Assembly (NCBI GenBank): GCA_024638655.1
Contig: JAHEJW010000005.1
Location: 30,155-94,154 of the forward strand
Direction: 5' to 3'
Origin: a bacterium
Lineage (GTDB): Bacteria > Actinomycetota > Acidimicrobiia > Spongiisociales > ZC4RG35
DNA length: 64,000 nt
Under the pieces are notes generated by a model that did not search any database, had not been told where the DNA came from, and saw only the letters and a program-made list of their open reading frames with translations. Shown here piece after piece: positions 37,403-50,021 of this stretch. Each line of letters starts with the position of its first letter. Within the stretch, counting starts at the first letter, position 1. Made by a program: the position numbers and the translations under genes.

Positions 37403-38074
37403 TCACATCTGATTCGAATCGAGGAAGAGGAGCACGGCCGCCACGCGCCTGCTGACTCCCTCTGCTTCCGACAACCCCAGCTTGGCGAATATCGAGTTGA
37501 TGTGTTTCTCCACCGACCGCACGTTGATCACAAGGAAGTCGGCGATCGCAGAGTTGTCCTTCCCCTGAGCGATTTCAGCCAGAACCTCGGTCTCCCGTTC
37601 GGTCAGCCATTCGAGAGGGGACTCCTCTCCCCTCTCACCAGCGACAAGACGTCCCACCACCTTCGAGTCGACGTGGGAACCACCCTTGGCCACCGTGCGG
37701 ATCACATCGCTCAGTTGTCGAACATCGTTGATCCGCTCTTTGAGAACATAAGCGCGCCCGTCGGTGCCGTCCTCGAGCAGAGCTATCGCATAGGTGGGAT
37801 CGTCATATTGACTCAGGACGACTATCCCGGTGCCGGGTCGGCTTCCTGCGATGACTCTCGCTGCCCTCACTCCTTCATCGGTGTGGGACGGCGGCATCCG
37901 GATATCGGTCAAGACGACATCGGGCCTCGCGTCATCGACTACCCGCAGCAACGACTCATAGTCCCAGGCGGTGGCGGCCACTTCGAGATCGGACTGAGTC
38001 TCCAATAGAGCCACGACACCTTCACGGACGAGCAAATCGTCTTCGGCGACCACCAACCGAATGGTCCTAGTCAT
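37403..38074 (-). CDS. NarL/FixJ (LuxR)-family response regulator
   Basis: Receiver (LVVAEDD...D...K) + LuxR HTH (LTERETEVLAEIAQGKDNSAIADFLVINVRSVEKHINSIFAKLG). Confidence 0.9.
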   Translation of the reverse strand: MTRTIRLVVAEDDLLVREGVVALLETQSDLEVAATAWDYESLLRVVDDARPDVVLTDIRMPPSHTDEGVRAARVIAGSRPGTGIVVLSQYDDPTYAIALLEDGTDGRAYVLKERINDVRQLSDVIRTVAKGGSHVDSKVVGRLVAGERGEESPLEWLTERETEVLAEIAQGKDNSAIADFLVINVRSVEKHINSIFAKLGLSEAEGVSRRVAAVLLFLDSNQM

Positions 38075-38885
38075 TTGTTCCCGCCAGCACTTTGGCGGAC
38101 ACCGATCTCAAGAAGTCGATGATGTCCTCCGCCGCCACAGCAGCCTTCTCGTGGTCACCAGCTTCGATCTCTGCCCGCAACCGATCAAAGAGAGGCACAA
38201 CACGATCGACGACGAGAGTCGCGACATTCGAGCGGTGTTCCTGCTCGGCCACAACCAGAAGACGACGATTACGTTCGAGGAGGTCGACAGCCTCGTTGAT
38301 CTCACGGGCGCGCGCCTCCAACTCGGACGCCACGACGGCATGATTGGCCACGAGGCCAACGATCACGCAAATGTCGCCTACGAGCGACTCGTCGGATTCA
38401 GTCAGGTCTCCCGATTTGTAGACCTCCACGTCCGCGTAGACGTCTCCAGCAAACGAGATGGTCGTATGCCATGCGGGCAGCTCCCCACCCGATCCCACCG
38501 AGTATGTGCGGGATCCGAAATGTGGGCGAACAACAACCCCCTTGGTGTCGAGGGCATGAGCAATTGTCGAAGAAGCGATCTGCATGGCCCCCGCGAACGA
38601 CGGACGGGCTCCGAGGGGAGGGACCACCGCTGTCAACGCCTCGTACGGTGTGGCCCGCCCTCCGGAGCTCCAACGAGCGATCAGCGAATCGACCCGATCG
38701 CGCGCTGCCGGCAGAACCAGGGCGATGCCTATCGAAGCCAGGAAGAGCGACTCGAAAGATAGAGGCTCGCTCAGTGATTCTGATCTCGTCGACGAAGCGA
38801 GCCAAAAGATGGCAACCCCAAGGACCGCGCTGGTGGACACTCCGACCAGATTCCACGCCGGATGACCGGGGGATTTCCTGGTCAT
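38067..38885 (-). CDS. membrane-anchored accessory protein, translationally coupled between HK and RR
   Basis: 272 aa; 2 N-terminal TM; C-terminal helical region ELEARAREINEAVDLLERNRRLLVVAEQEHRS... only weakly DHp-like; overlaps HK stop (ATGA) and RR start (8 nt). Confidence 0.45.
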   Translation of the reverse strand: MTRKSPGHPAWNLVGVSTSAVLGVAIFWLASSTRSESLSEPLSFESLFLASIGIALVLPAARDRVDSLIARWSSGGRATPYEALTAVVPPLGARPSFAGAMQIASSTIAHALDTKGVVVRPHFGSRTYSVGSGGELPAWHTTISFAGDVYADVEVYKSGDLTESDESLVGDICVIVGLVANHAVVASELEARAREINEAVDLLERNRRLLVVAEQEHRSNVATLVVDRVVPLFDRLRAEIEAGDHEKAAVAAEDIIDFLRSVSAKVLAGTND

Positions 38886-41080
38886 TCTCCTCCTCCCGCC
38901 ACGGGTATCCGCCCGGTCACCTTCGTACCCGAGCCGTCCCCAGATCGAATTGTGACGGACCCACCCAACGCCGCTACTCGCTCAGTCATGCTGAGCATGC
39001 CAAGCCCGTCCGCCCGATCAGCTCGACGCATCCCGGGCCCATCATCGCTCACTTCGATCTCAGCTAGGGACGCGCCGATGGACACATCCACATCCACCGT
39101 CGACCCGGGTGCGTGTTTGATGCTGTTCTGAATGGCCTCGGTAGCCATGAAGTAGAGGGCTGCCTCGATCTCGGGGCTGGTGCGCCTTCCATCGTCGTGA
39201 ATGCGGATCACATTTGGGGCAAAAGGCACGGTGACTCTGAGGGCCGACCCGATACCTGACAGACTCAACTCGCTCGGAAAGAGACCTCGGACAAAACCGA
39301 TGATGGCTGATTGTGCTCCATCGACCTCGCGTAGCAAACGATCTCTCATCTCCGACTCCCTGCCCGGGGAGGCTCTGGCCAGGCCGATGGCCGCGCTCAG
39401 AGAAACAGCTCTGGCCTGCGCACCGTCGTGAAGATCCCGTTCCAGACCTCGGCTCACCTCATCGACAACCCGCCCAAGGCGGCGTCTGGAAGCAGACAGC
39501 TCGCTGGCACGGATCTCCAGCTCCTCGACACGCGCCTTAAGCGCGATGCGAAGACTCGCAGCCTCCAGATACCGGGCCCCGATCATTGCCATCTCGCGGA
39601 GAAGTCGGTTCTCATGCCGCCGCAAGCCCGCTCCCCTTTGCGTGCGGACACCCAGATAGGTTCCATCACCCATGGGGAACACGGCCGTCATGTCCGACGG
39701 CGACAGGTCGAGTCCTCCGTCTCCGCAGAAACCGGCGATGAGCTCGGACTGTCCGGGAGAAAGGCGCCATAATCCCGCACATTCGGCCGACGTGGTCCTG
39801 GACGCCGCCCGCATGAACTCGTCCATGCCCTTCTGGACATCCGTGTCAGATGCAAGGGTATGGGACAGATCGGCCAGGACACGGTGTGGTACGACCGGTC
39901 GACCGTAGATCAAGCGATCGACCAGGACGGTGAGGCGGGAGCGGGCCGGCTCGAATAGGACGGCGACGAGGCCGATCGCGGAGAGCGCCACCACTGCGCT
40001 TTCTGACCTCGTGAGGGCAGCCGCCAACCACAAGGACGCCACGTACGCCATCGCCACTATCAGGGCCAGACCGGCGAACAACACGGATCTGCGGACGACC
40101 AGATCGATGTCATAGATGCGGTAGGTGAAGATGGTCACCAGGAACGCAGCCGGAACGACGGCGAACCAGCCGAACGCGGCCGCAGGCCCCCAGAAAGCGC
40201 TGTCCCCCCCGGCTCGCTGGGCAATATCCGAGGTTGCCATCAGGACGACTGCGAGGGCCAACCCATGAGCCATCCATCGCAGCTGCAGACGTTCAACTCC
40301 ATCCGACCGGCGATACCGGATGATCACCGAGACCGTCGATGCCATCAAGAGGACCGCCCACAAACCGAGACCAGCCGTGCCGATTGCAGCACCGATGTCG
40401 ATATCCAAACCGTCGATCCGAGAGACCGCTCGACCGTCGTACCGCATCGGATGAGCGTGAAGGCCGAGCATGAGGAACGACGCGATAGCCGACATCCCCA
40501 AGACCCATCTCCACCTCGACCCGGGAAGCCGGCCGGTTGGGAACGTGATGATGAGGACAGGCCCGAGGACCACTCCGAGCGGTATGTATCCGACATCGGC
40601 GTACGTCAAAGCGATCTCCCGCATGAGGTCACCGAGCCCCCCGTTGCGCACCTCGAGATCCGCCAAGGCTCGCGCCAGTCCAAAAAGCCCGAGAAACCAT
40701 GCCAATGACATGAGATGAGCGCCGAAGCGGTTGCCCGATCGAGAGATGACCAGCGCAGCAAGAAGACCCACGCCGACCCCCAGAACGACCCACGCGAGTC
40801 CGGACGGCTCCCGTCCTTCCAGGGCGACGACTGAGGGCACACGCTCGGCGATCTCATCCAGACCGATACCCGGGTCGATTCTGAGAATCGCATTCGCCTG
40901 GGCGATGTCTTGCCTCGCGCTGGCCGGGTCGAATACCTCTTGTGAGATCACGGGAACCGGCGAATTCGGAGTGGATACGAATACAACGACGGCAGCCAGC
41001 GCAATCGCCACCACACCTGCGAAGACACGCCACGGCGACTGCATCGATGCATCATGCCAAGGTGGCCGGTCGGATGACAC
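38882..41080 (-). CDS. multi-TM sensor histidine kinase (HisKA_3 + HATPase_c, NarL-type partner)
   Basis: ~8 TM N-terminal sensor; HisKA_3 LERDLHDGAQARAVSL; HATPase G-boxes DDGPGM...GLGMLSMTERVAALGG. Start GTG 41080, or ATG 41044. Confidence 0.85.
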   Translation of the reverse strand: MSSDRPPWHDASMQSPWRVFAGVVAIALAAVVVFVSTPNSPVPVISQEVFDPASARQDIAQANAILRIDPGIGLDEIAERVPSVVALEGREPSGLAWVVLGVGVGLLAALVISRSGNRFGAHLMSLAWFLGLFGLARALADLEVRNGGLGDLMREIALTYADVGYIPLGVVLGPVLIITFPTGRLPGSRWRWVLGMSAIASFLMLGLHAHPMRYDGRAVSRIDGLDIDIGAAIGTAGLGLWAVLLMASTVSVIIRYRRSDGVERLQLRWMAHGLALAVVLMATSDIAQRAGGDSAFWGPAAAFGWFAVVPAAFLVTIFTYRIYDIDLVVRRSVLFAGLALIVAMAYVASLWLAAALTRSESAVVALSAIGLVAVLFEPARSRLTVLVDRLIYGRPVVPHRVLADLSHTLASDTDVQKGMDEFMRAASRTTSAECAGLWRLSPGQSELIAGFCGDGGLDLSPSDMTAVFPMGDGTYLGVRTQRGAGLRRHENRLLREMAMIGARYLEAASLRIALKARVEELEIRASELSASRRRLGRVVDEVSRGLERDLHDGAQARAVSLSAAIGLARASPGRESEMRDRLLREVDGAQSAIIGFVRGLFPSELSLSGIGSALRVTVPFAPNVIRIHDDGRRTSPEIEAALYFMATEAIQNSIKHAPGSTVDVDVSIGASLAEIEVSDDGPGMRRADRADGLGMLSMTERVAALGGSVTIRSGDGSGTKVTGRIPVAGGGE

Positions 41081-41102
41081 CGTATCGGCTCGTCCGAATC
41101 AC

Positions 41103-41118
41103 TTGGTGCCAGCACCAA
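41103..41118. promoter_or_regulatory. palindrome TTGGTGC-CA-GCACCAA in HK-operon / divergent-gene intergenic region, with an extra TTGGTGCCA half-site at 41169-41177
   Basis: 7-bp inverted arms + direct repeat of the half-site 66 nt downstream; candidate NarL/LuxR-type RR binding sites. Confidence 0.35.
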
Positions 41119-41196
41119 AGCGAGGTCTGGTGGGTGCCTTCTTCCCCGATCAGGGCTCGATCCTTACGTTGGTGCCACGTCCAGCGAGGAGCCTGC

Positions 41197-42108
41197 ATGA
41201 GCACCGCCGTAGTCACCGAGTCTCGACCGACAAGGAGAGAGCAATTCAGATTGCGACGCTTCGCGTGGTTGCTGGCCGGGCTCATCCCTGCGCTTGGATT
41301 GCTCCTCGTCGCCCTGGAGTCCGACCTCGGCTCGGCGTCGGTTCCCGACTACATCATCGACCGGGATGCATCCGTGGAGATCGACGAGTACGCCTCGGCG
41401 CAGGATGTCGCAGGATCCTCTGTGAGTTTCGACATAGCAGCAGTCGAGGAACTCCAGCGTAGGAGTGTCAATCCTTGTCCGGCCGCTGGCGAATCGCCCC
41501 AGGTGCCGCGGGACCTGGCGTCATCGACACCAATGACCTGTCGGCCCTACGACGACCACGGTGGCATCGCGTATGTTGTTGCCGCAACCGCGTTTGGTCT
41601 CATTGGCGCGGGGATTTTCCTGAAGAGGGGCAACAACCTGGGGTTACTCCTCCTCCTGGCAGCTCTGACCGACGTCGCAGGCGGCCTGACCAGCGCGTAT
41701 GCCCTCAAAGGGTTGAGCATCAAACCCGGGTCGTTGCCTGCTGCTCACGTCGCAGGAGCACTTGGTGCGATCGCCTGGGTGGTGCTGCTGGTGTTGATAG
41801 TCCCCGGCTTCACGATGAGGATTCCCTCGGGCCGGATGAGGTCAGACCGCTGGCGGTGGCTCGAGCGGTTCACCTTTGTTGCGGCAAGTCTCCTGATCGT
41901 GACGCAGTGGCTTCATCCTTTCCTGTTCGGACCGGTGGCCAACCCGCTGAGACTTCAATGGTCGATCGAGACCGCCAACACCCTCTTCGACGTTGGGATT
42001 CAGATGTGGATGGCCTCCCTTGCGATCGCCGTCATCGCTCCGTTGATGAACGCATGGGATTGGACGTCCAACAAGCTCCGTGCACGGGCCGAATACCCGG
42101 CCTCGTGA
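41197..42108 (+). CDS. standalone membrane protein paralogous to the N-terminal sensor domain of the adjacent histidine kinase
   Basis: Shared segments with HK: KRGNNLG vs RSGNRFG; IVPGFTMRIPSGRMRSDRWRWL vs ITFPTGRLPGSRWRWV; ATG 41197 after GAGGA. ORF-track 5' extension rejected. Confidence 0.55.
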   Translation: MSTAVVTESRPTRREQFRLRRFAWLLAGLIPALGLLLVALESDLGSASVPDYIIDRDASVEIDEYASAQDVAGSSVSFDIAAVEELQRRSVNPCPAAGESPQVPRDLASSTPMTCRPYDDHGGIAYVVAATAFGLIGAGIFLKRGNNLGLLLLLAALTDVAGGLTSAYALKGLSIKPGSLPAAHVAGALGAIAWVVLLVLIVPGFTMRIPSGRMRSDRWRWLERFTFVAASLLIVTQWLHPFLFGPVANPLRLQWSIETANTLFDVGIQMWMASLAIAVIAPLMNAWDWTSNKLRARAEYPAS

Positions 42109-42404
42109 GAGGTCACGCCGCATTCCTGGCAATGACCCTCTCGATTGTTTGTATCGCCTCGTGCGACAGCACGATGGCGACGGGCACCGAGCCGCCGCCG
42201 CCGGCGACCGCCGAAGAGGTCGAGATCTTTTGCGAGCGATACGCCGACGTTCGTGACCAGAGTCGTCATGAGGTCATGTACGAGCTCCTCGATGTGGCGC
42301 CTGACGAGATCATCGGAGCCGTGAAGAGAGCTTCGGAGCGCAACGGCTCGTTCGAGGATGATGTGGCGATCGACGCCTTCATCGACAGATGTGGGGGCCC
42401 CTAG
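42105..42404 (+). CDS. small putative lipoprotein
   Basis: VRGHAAFLAMTLSIVCIASC lipobox-like signal; GTG overlapping upstream stop (GTGA); 99 aa. Confidence 0.3.
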   Translation: MRGHAAFLAMTLSIVCIASCDSTMATGTEPPPPATAEEVEIFCERYADVRDQSRHEVMYELLDVAPDEIIGAVKRASERNGSFEDDVAIDAFIDRCGGP

Positions 42405-43999
42405 GCCAGTGCTACCAGATCGAGCAGCTTCTCGTCGAAGAACCGCATCTCCCCGTCCGGCATCAGGACAGCGCGGTCCGGCATCAGTAGAGCCACGAAG
42501 TCGGTGTCGTGACTCACCATCACGATGGTCCCCTCGTAGATGGAAAGCGCGTCGAGCAACGCCTCTTTGGCCTGCGGGTCGAGGTTGTTGGTCGGCTCGT
42601 CGAGCAGCAGCACGTTGGGACGTGACGCCACCAGCATCACCAAGGCAAGCTTGGTCTTCTCGCCACCGGACAGCGTCGCAGCGTCCTGATCGACCTTGTC
42701 GGCCAGCAGGAAATGGCCGAGCATCGTCCTGATGGTCTGGTCGGGCAGACGCGCCGTCTGACGCATGTGATCGAAGACGGTCACCCCTGACCTGATCTGC
42801 TCGTGCTCCTGGGCGTAGTACCCGAGTGTTGCGTTGTGACCCAGGGACACTTCACCCAGGTCGGCGGTCTCCTCCCCTGCGAGAATGCGAAGCAAGGTGG
42901 TCTTGCCCGCCCCGTTGAGACCGATCAGCAACATCCGCTCACCACGTTCGACGGCGAACTCGACGTCGACAAAGACAACGTTGTCGCCAAATGCCTTGGC
43001 CAAACCGGTTGCGGCCAGGGGAACCCTTCCCGACGGTTCGGGCTGGGGGAAAGCAACTTTCACCTTCTTGCCGCTCTTCTGGATTTCCACCAGCTCCCGT
43101 CTCATCCGGTCGACACGAGTCTCCATGGCACGAGCCACCTTGGCCATCTTCTCTGTCGTGCCCTTGAACCGTCGGATGTTCTCCTCCAACCGGGCGATGG
43201 TCTGGTCTTGATGCCGCCGCTCACGCGCGCGATGCTCGCGTCTTCGATCCTTCTCAACGAGGTAATTCGAGTAGTTACCCCGGTATGCCTCGATTTCGCC
43301 GTGCTCCAAGGCGAGTACCGAGGTGATTGCCTCATCGAGCAAGGGCAGATCATGAGAGATGACGAGCATTCCCCCCCCGTACGTGCTCAGATACTCGATG
43401 AGCCAAGCCTTGGCATCGAGGTCGAGGTGGTTGGTTGGCTCGTCCAGGAGAAGCACATCGGTCTCAGCGAACAAGATCCGGGCGAGCTCGACCCGTCTCC
43501 GCTGGCCACCCGACATCGTGGCCACGGGCTGGGTCAGCTCGGTGTTGCCGATCCCGACATTGGCCGCGATTCGCTTCGCCTCGGCCTCGGCGATAAACCC
43601 GCCCTTGGCCTCGAACTCGTCATGGAGGCGGGAGAAGCGGCGGATACCCCGATCACGGGCCTCACCGGTCAGGCTCTCCAGCCGATGACGGGCCTCTTCG
43701 ATCCTCCGCTGCATCGCGCCGATCTCCCTTGCCATGAGGATCCTCTCCAGTGCGGTTGCGTCGGCATGCTCGAGATCCGGCAGGGCGGCTTCTTGTGAGA
43801 AGTAGCCAATCCGACCCGAGCGGAGGACCGTTCCCTCCAGCGGCTGGCCCGTGCCGTTGAGCACCTTCATCAGACTGGTCTTGCCCGCCCCGTTACGTCC
43901 CACGAGGCCGATCCGGTCACCTGATTGCACGCTGAAAGAGGCACCATCGAGCAGCGTCTTGGTGCCCACTTCGATGCGGAGGTCGCGTGCGATCAGCAT
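42401..43999 (-). CDS. ABC-F family ATPase (two ABC domains, no TMD)
   Basis: Two Walker A (GRNGAGKTS; GLNGAGKTT), two signature motifs (SGGQRRRVELAR; SGGEKTKLAL), helical linker; 532 aa. Confidence 0.9.
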   Translation of the reverse strand: MLIARDLRIEVGTKTLLDGASFSVQSGDRIGLVGRNGAGKTSLMKVLNGTGQPLEGTVLRSGRIGYFSQEAALPDLEHADATALERILMAREIGAMQRRIEEARHRLESLTGEARDRGIRRFSRLHDEFEAKGGFIAEAEAKRIAANVGIGNTELTQPVATMSGGQRRRVELARILFAETDVLLLDEPTNHLDLDAKAWLIEYLSTYGGGMLVISHDLPLLDEAITSVLALEHGEIEAYRGNYSNYLVEKDRRREHRARERRHQDQTIARLEENIRRFKGTTEKMAKVARAMETRVDRMRRELVEIQKSGKKVKVAFPQPEPSGRVPLAATGLAKAFGDNVVFVDVEFAVERGERMLLIGLNGAGKTTLLRILAGEETADLGEVSLGHNATLGYYAQEHEQIRSGVTVFDHMRQTARLPDQTIRTMLGHFLLADKVDQDAATLSGGEKTKLALVMLVASRPNVLLLDEPTNNLDPQAKEALLDALSIYEGTIVMVSHDTDFVALLMPDRAVLMPDGEMRFFDEKLLDLVALA

Positions 44000-44049
44000 G
44001 ATGCGGAGGGCGATCAGAATACGGCCGTCTCCTTGTCTCGGCGAGGTGA

Positions 44050-44541
44050 TTGATCAGGATCGTCGGGGCCAAGGCAACTTCGCCTCGAATTCGTTATGTT
44101 GCCCCGGTGCCACGAGACGAGTTCAGCCACACGTCCACTGCTGCGGCCAGGCCCGATGAGGTGTTCGCTGTCCTCGACGAGCCGAAAACCTGGGAGGAGA
44201 TCGGAGGGGTCGATCGGGTCACCGACCCCGTCGTCGATGACGAAGGAAGGCTGCAGGGATTCGCATTCGAGGTTCGAGCCGCCGGCAAGGCCTATATGGG
44301 ATTCGCCACCCCTCTCCAGCGCATCGAAGGTGAGCTGATGGCCTGGAACGTCGACACCACCGAGATCAGGGGCACGACCAGCGTCGCTCTCCGTCCCGCA
44401 GATTCCGGCACAGACGTGACGGTTACGTTGGAGGTGGAGAGCAAGGGCCTTCTCTCTGCCATGTTCTTCCCCGTGATCGCGTCGGTCATAGGCAGCGGCC
44501 TGCCCAGGTCGGTCGATGAGTTTGCCGCCCGGTTCGGATGA
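44050..44541 (+). CDS. SRPBCC-family (CoxG/polyketide-cyclase-like) protein
   Basis: 163 aa; start may be further downstream. Confidence 0.5.
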   Translation: MIRIVGAKATSPRIRYVAPVPRDEFSHTSTAAARPDEVFAVLDEPKTWEEIGGVDRVTDPVVDDEGRLQGFAFEVRAAGKAYMGFATPLQRIEGELMAWNVDTTEIRGTTSVALRPADSGTDVTVTLEVESKGLLSAMFFPVIASVIGSGLPRSVDEFAARFG

Positions 44542-45707
44542 ACAGAGTCCTGATCGTCGGTGGTGCGGTGATGGGTTGGTCCACCGCTCAGCACCTGCTC
44601 TCGCTCGATGACAGCCTCGACGTGGTGGTGGTGGAGAAGGACCCATCACTGGCACGATCGTCAACGATGCTGTGCGAGGGCAATGTCCGCATCCAGTTCA
44701 ACCTCGAGGAGAACATCCTCATCTCGAAGTACGCCATGGAGTGCCTCGAGGAGTTTCCCAAGTCCATGGCCACCGGCGAGTTCGTCCCCGACCCTCAGGT
44801 GAGAAAGCAGGGCAACCTCTTCCTGGTCAGCGAACCGGGGAAGACCGACGCCCTCGCAGGCCTCGCCAATCAACAGCGCCTCGGGTGTGAGTCCGAGTGG
44901 CTCGACATGGACGTGATCTCGGAGCGCTACCCCGCCCTGGCATCGGAGAGCCTGATCGGAGGTACGTTCGGACCGGAAGACGGCTCGGTCGATCCCAGTG
45001 CCGTGGTCCAGGGATATCGGCGCAGAGCTCTGGCCAACGGGGCTCGCCCGATCGAAGGCACGGTCGGCTCGATCATCACCTCGGGCGACAGGGTCAGCGG
45101 CGTCACCCTCACCGACGGGGAGACCCTGGAGGGAGATGTCGTCGTCGTGTGCGCCGGTGCCTGGTCAACTGAGCTCCTCGCCACCGCAGACGTATACATT
45201 CCCGTCGAACCGGTGATGAGGACCGTGTACGTGGTTGCTGGCGAAGTAGAAGACGGAGACCGGCTCCCCAGCACATTCTTGCCGTCTGGTGTCTACGTGA
45301 TACCTGAGAAAGAAGGCACCTTCGCCATGGCGTGGTCGACCGAGTTCGATCCCGTCGGGTTCGACTTCACGCCGGCTTCCCGGTCGCGTTTCTACGACGT
45401 CATATGGCCCGAGCTGGCTGCAAACCTGCCGGCGTTCGACCGGCTCGAGGTCATGGGGTCTTGGGCCGGGTTGTACGCCCAAAACCGTCTCGACGCCAAC
45501 GCGATCATCGGAGAGTGGCCCGGGATCGATGGGTTGATGCAGGCCACCGGGTTCAGCGGACACGGGTTCCAGCAGTGTCACGCCGTTGGGCGTCACCTGG
45601 CGGAACTGATCCTCGAGCGGCCGACGTCGCTGGATCTGAGCCGACTCGGCCCCGAACGCATCGTCGCAGGCGAGCCATTGTATGAGCACGCCGGACGTCT
45701 CATCTGA
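44538..45707 (+). CDS. FAD-dependent oxidoreductase (DAO family; sarcosine/glycine oxidase-like)
   Basis: N-terminal Rossmann VLIVGGAVMGWSTAQHL; 389 aa. Confidence 0.8.
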   Translation: MNRVLIVGGAVMGWSTAQHLLSLDDSLDVVVVEKDPSLARSSTMLCEGNVRIQFNLEENILISKYAMECLEEFPKSMATGEFVPDPQVRKQGNLFLVSEPGKTDALAGLANQQRLGCESEWLDMDVISERYPALASESLIGGTFGPEDGSVDPSAVVQGYRRRALANGARPIEGTVGSIITSGDRVSGVTLTDGETLEGDVVVVCAGAWSTELLATADVYIPVEPVMRTVYVVAGEVEDGDRLPSTFLPSGVYVIPEKEGTFAMAWSTEFDPVGFDFTPASRSRFYDVIWPELAANLPAFDRLEVMGSWAGLYAQNRLDANAIIGEWPGIDGLMQATGFSGHGFQQCHAVGRHLAELILERPTSLDLSRLGPERIVAGEPLYEHAGRLI

Positions 45708-45752
45708 CGGGCGGGAGCGCCACCGCAATCATGCCCCCGGGAAATGCCTTAG

Positions 45753-46085
45753 CTATTCGTCGTCGTCTTCCTCGGCTTCCTCTGCCAGGGCCTGAGCTGC
45801 CTCCTTGGCGGCCGCGTGGTCTTCGGTGATCTGAGCACGGTCGGTGATCAGGGTCACCTGATTGTCGAGCACCTGGATGAACCCCCCGTAGACCCCGATA
45901 GTGGTCCGTTCCCCCGACTCCGCCTCGATCACAACCGGGCCGGTTGCCAGAGCTCCCATGAGCGGCTCATGGTCGGCCATGACTCCAAGCTCGCCCTCAG
46001 GTGTCCTGGCGATGACGATCGTCGCCAGGCCGGACCACACGGTGGCTTCGGGTGAGACCACGTCGACCTGAAAGGCCTTAGCCAA
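45753..46085 (-). CDS. atpC: F1Fo ATP synthase subunit epsilon
   Basis: 110 aa, MAKAFQVDVVSPE..., last gene of atp operon. Confidence 0.9.
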   Translation of the reverse strand: MAKAFQVDVVSPEATVWSGLATIVIARTPEGELGVMADHEPLMGALATGPVVIEAESGERTTIGVYGGFIQVLDNQVTLITDRAQITEDHAAAKEAAQALAEEAEEDDDE

Positions 46086-46100
46086 CGGAGCTCTCCCAGA

Positions 46101-47540
<1,440 letters not shown>

Positions 47541-47579
47541 TCAGGGGTTGTTTCGCTTCGGTCTTTGCGGGCGGGGTCA

Positions 47580-48458
47580 TCACGACTCCGCCAGAGCTTC
47601 GGCACCACCGACGATCTCGGTGATGGCCGTAGTGATCTCGGCCTGACGGGCTCGGTTGGCCCGAACTGTCAGGTTGTTGATGAGCTCCTCTGCGTTGTCG
47701 GTCGCCGCCTTCATGGCTCGTCTGCGAGCACTGTGCTCGGACGCCGAGGCTTCGAGAAGCATGCTGAAAATGACCGCTTCGACATAACGGGGAAGAAGGC
47801 GATCGAGGATCTCGTTCGGTGACGGCTCGAACTCGTAGGACACCGCTCCCTTGTCCTCGCTCTCCGATGCCCCGGGAGGTGTGATTGGGAGCAGTTCGAT
47901 TCGGGCCGGCGTCTGTGTCAGGGCCGACTCGAATCGAGTGAAGAACCCTTCTACGGCGTCCACCCTCTTGCGGGCATAGGCCTCCATGATCGTGTTGGCG
48001 ATGGCACGGGCGTTTCCATAGCCAGGAGTGTCTGTGACTCCGAGATACGCCTGCTCGATGCGATATCCCCGATAGCGAAAGTATGACTGAGCCTTCTTGC
48101 CGACCGCGTAGATGAGAACGTCTTTGCCTTCTCGATCTAATTCACGGATCCTGAATTCGGCCAGACGGATGATGTTGGAGGCATATGCACCCGCCAGCCC
48201 CCTATCACTCGAGACGATGAGCAGGCCAACCGTCTTGGGGTCCCTGCGTTCGAGCAGCGTGTGCCCACCGGCGCCGGCCGCGCTCACATTCTCGATGACC
48301 TCGATGAGCTTCGACGTGTATGGCTTGGAGTTGAGCACTCTCCCCCTGGCCTTGGGTACACGGCTGGCCGCGATCAGCTCCATGGCGCGAGTGATCTTCT
48401 TCGTCGCTTCGATGCTCTTGATGCGACGTCGTGTGTCCCGAAGCTGGGCCGATGCCAT
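47580..48458 (-). CDS. atpG: F1Fo ATP synthase subunit gamma
   Basis: 292 aa, MASAQLRDTRRRIKSIEATKKITRAMELIAASR... Confidence 0.95.
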   Translation of the reverse strand: MASAQLRDTRRRIKSIEATKKITRAMELIAASRVPKARGRVLNSKPYTSKLIEVIENVSAAGAGGHTLLERRDPKTVGLLIVSSDRGLAGAYASNIIRLAEFRIRELDREGKDVLIYAVGKKAQSYFRYRGYRIEQAYLGVTDTPGYGNARAIANTIMEAYARKRVDAVEGFFTRFESALTQTPARIELLPITPPGASESEDKGAVSYEFEPSPNEILDRLLPRYVEAVIFSMLLEASASEHSARRRAMKAATDNAEELINNLTVRANRARQAEITTAITEIVGGAEALAES

Positions 48459-48466
48459 CTAGTGAA

Positions 48467-50008
<1,542 letters not shown>

Positions 50009-50021
50009 GGTTGGTTCCTAG

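Noticed and set aside
38067-38885. The 272-aa protein as a DHp-only 'split histidine kinase' module
   Set aside because: Its C-terminal helix (ERNRRLLVVAEQEHRS...) only loosely resembles the HisKA_3 H-box (ERxRIARELHD), and the His is displaced by about 10 residues. It is kept as a generic accessory membrane protein rather than a kinase fragment.
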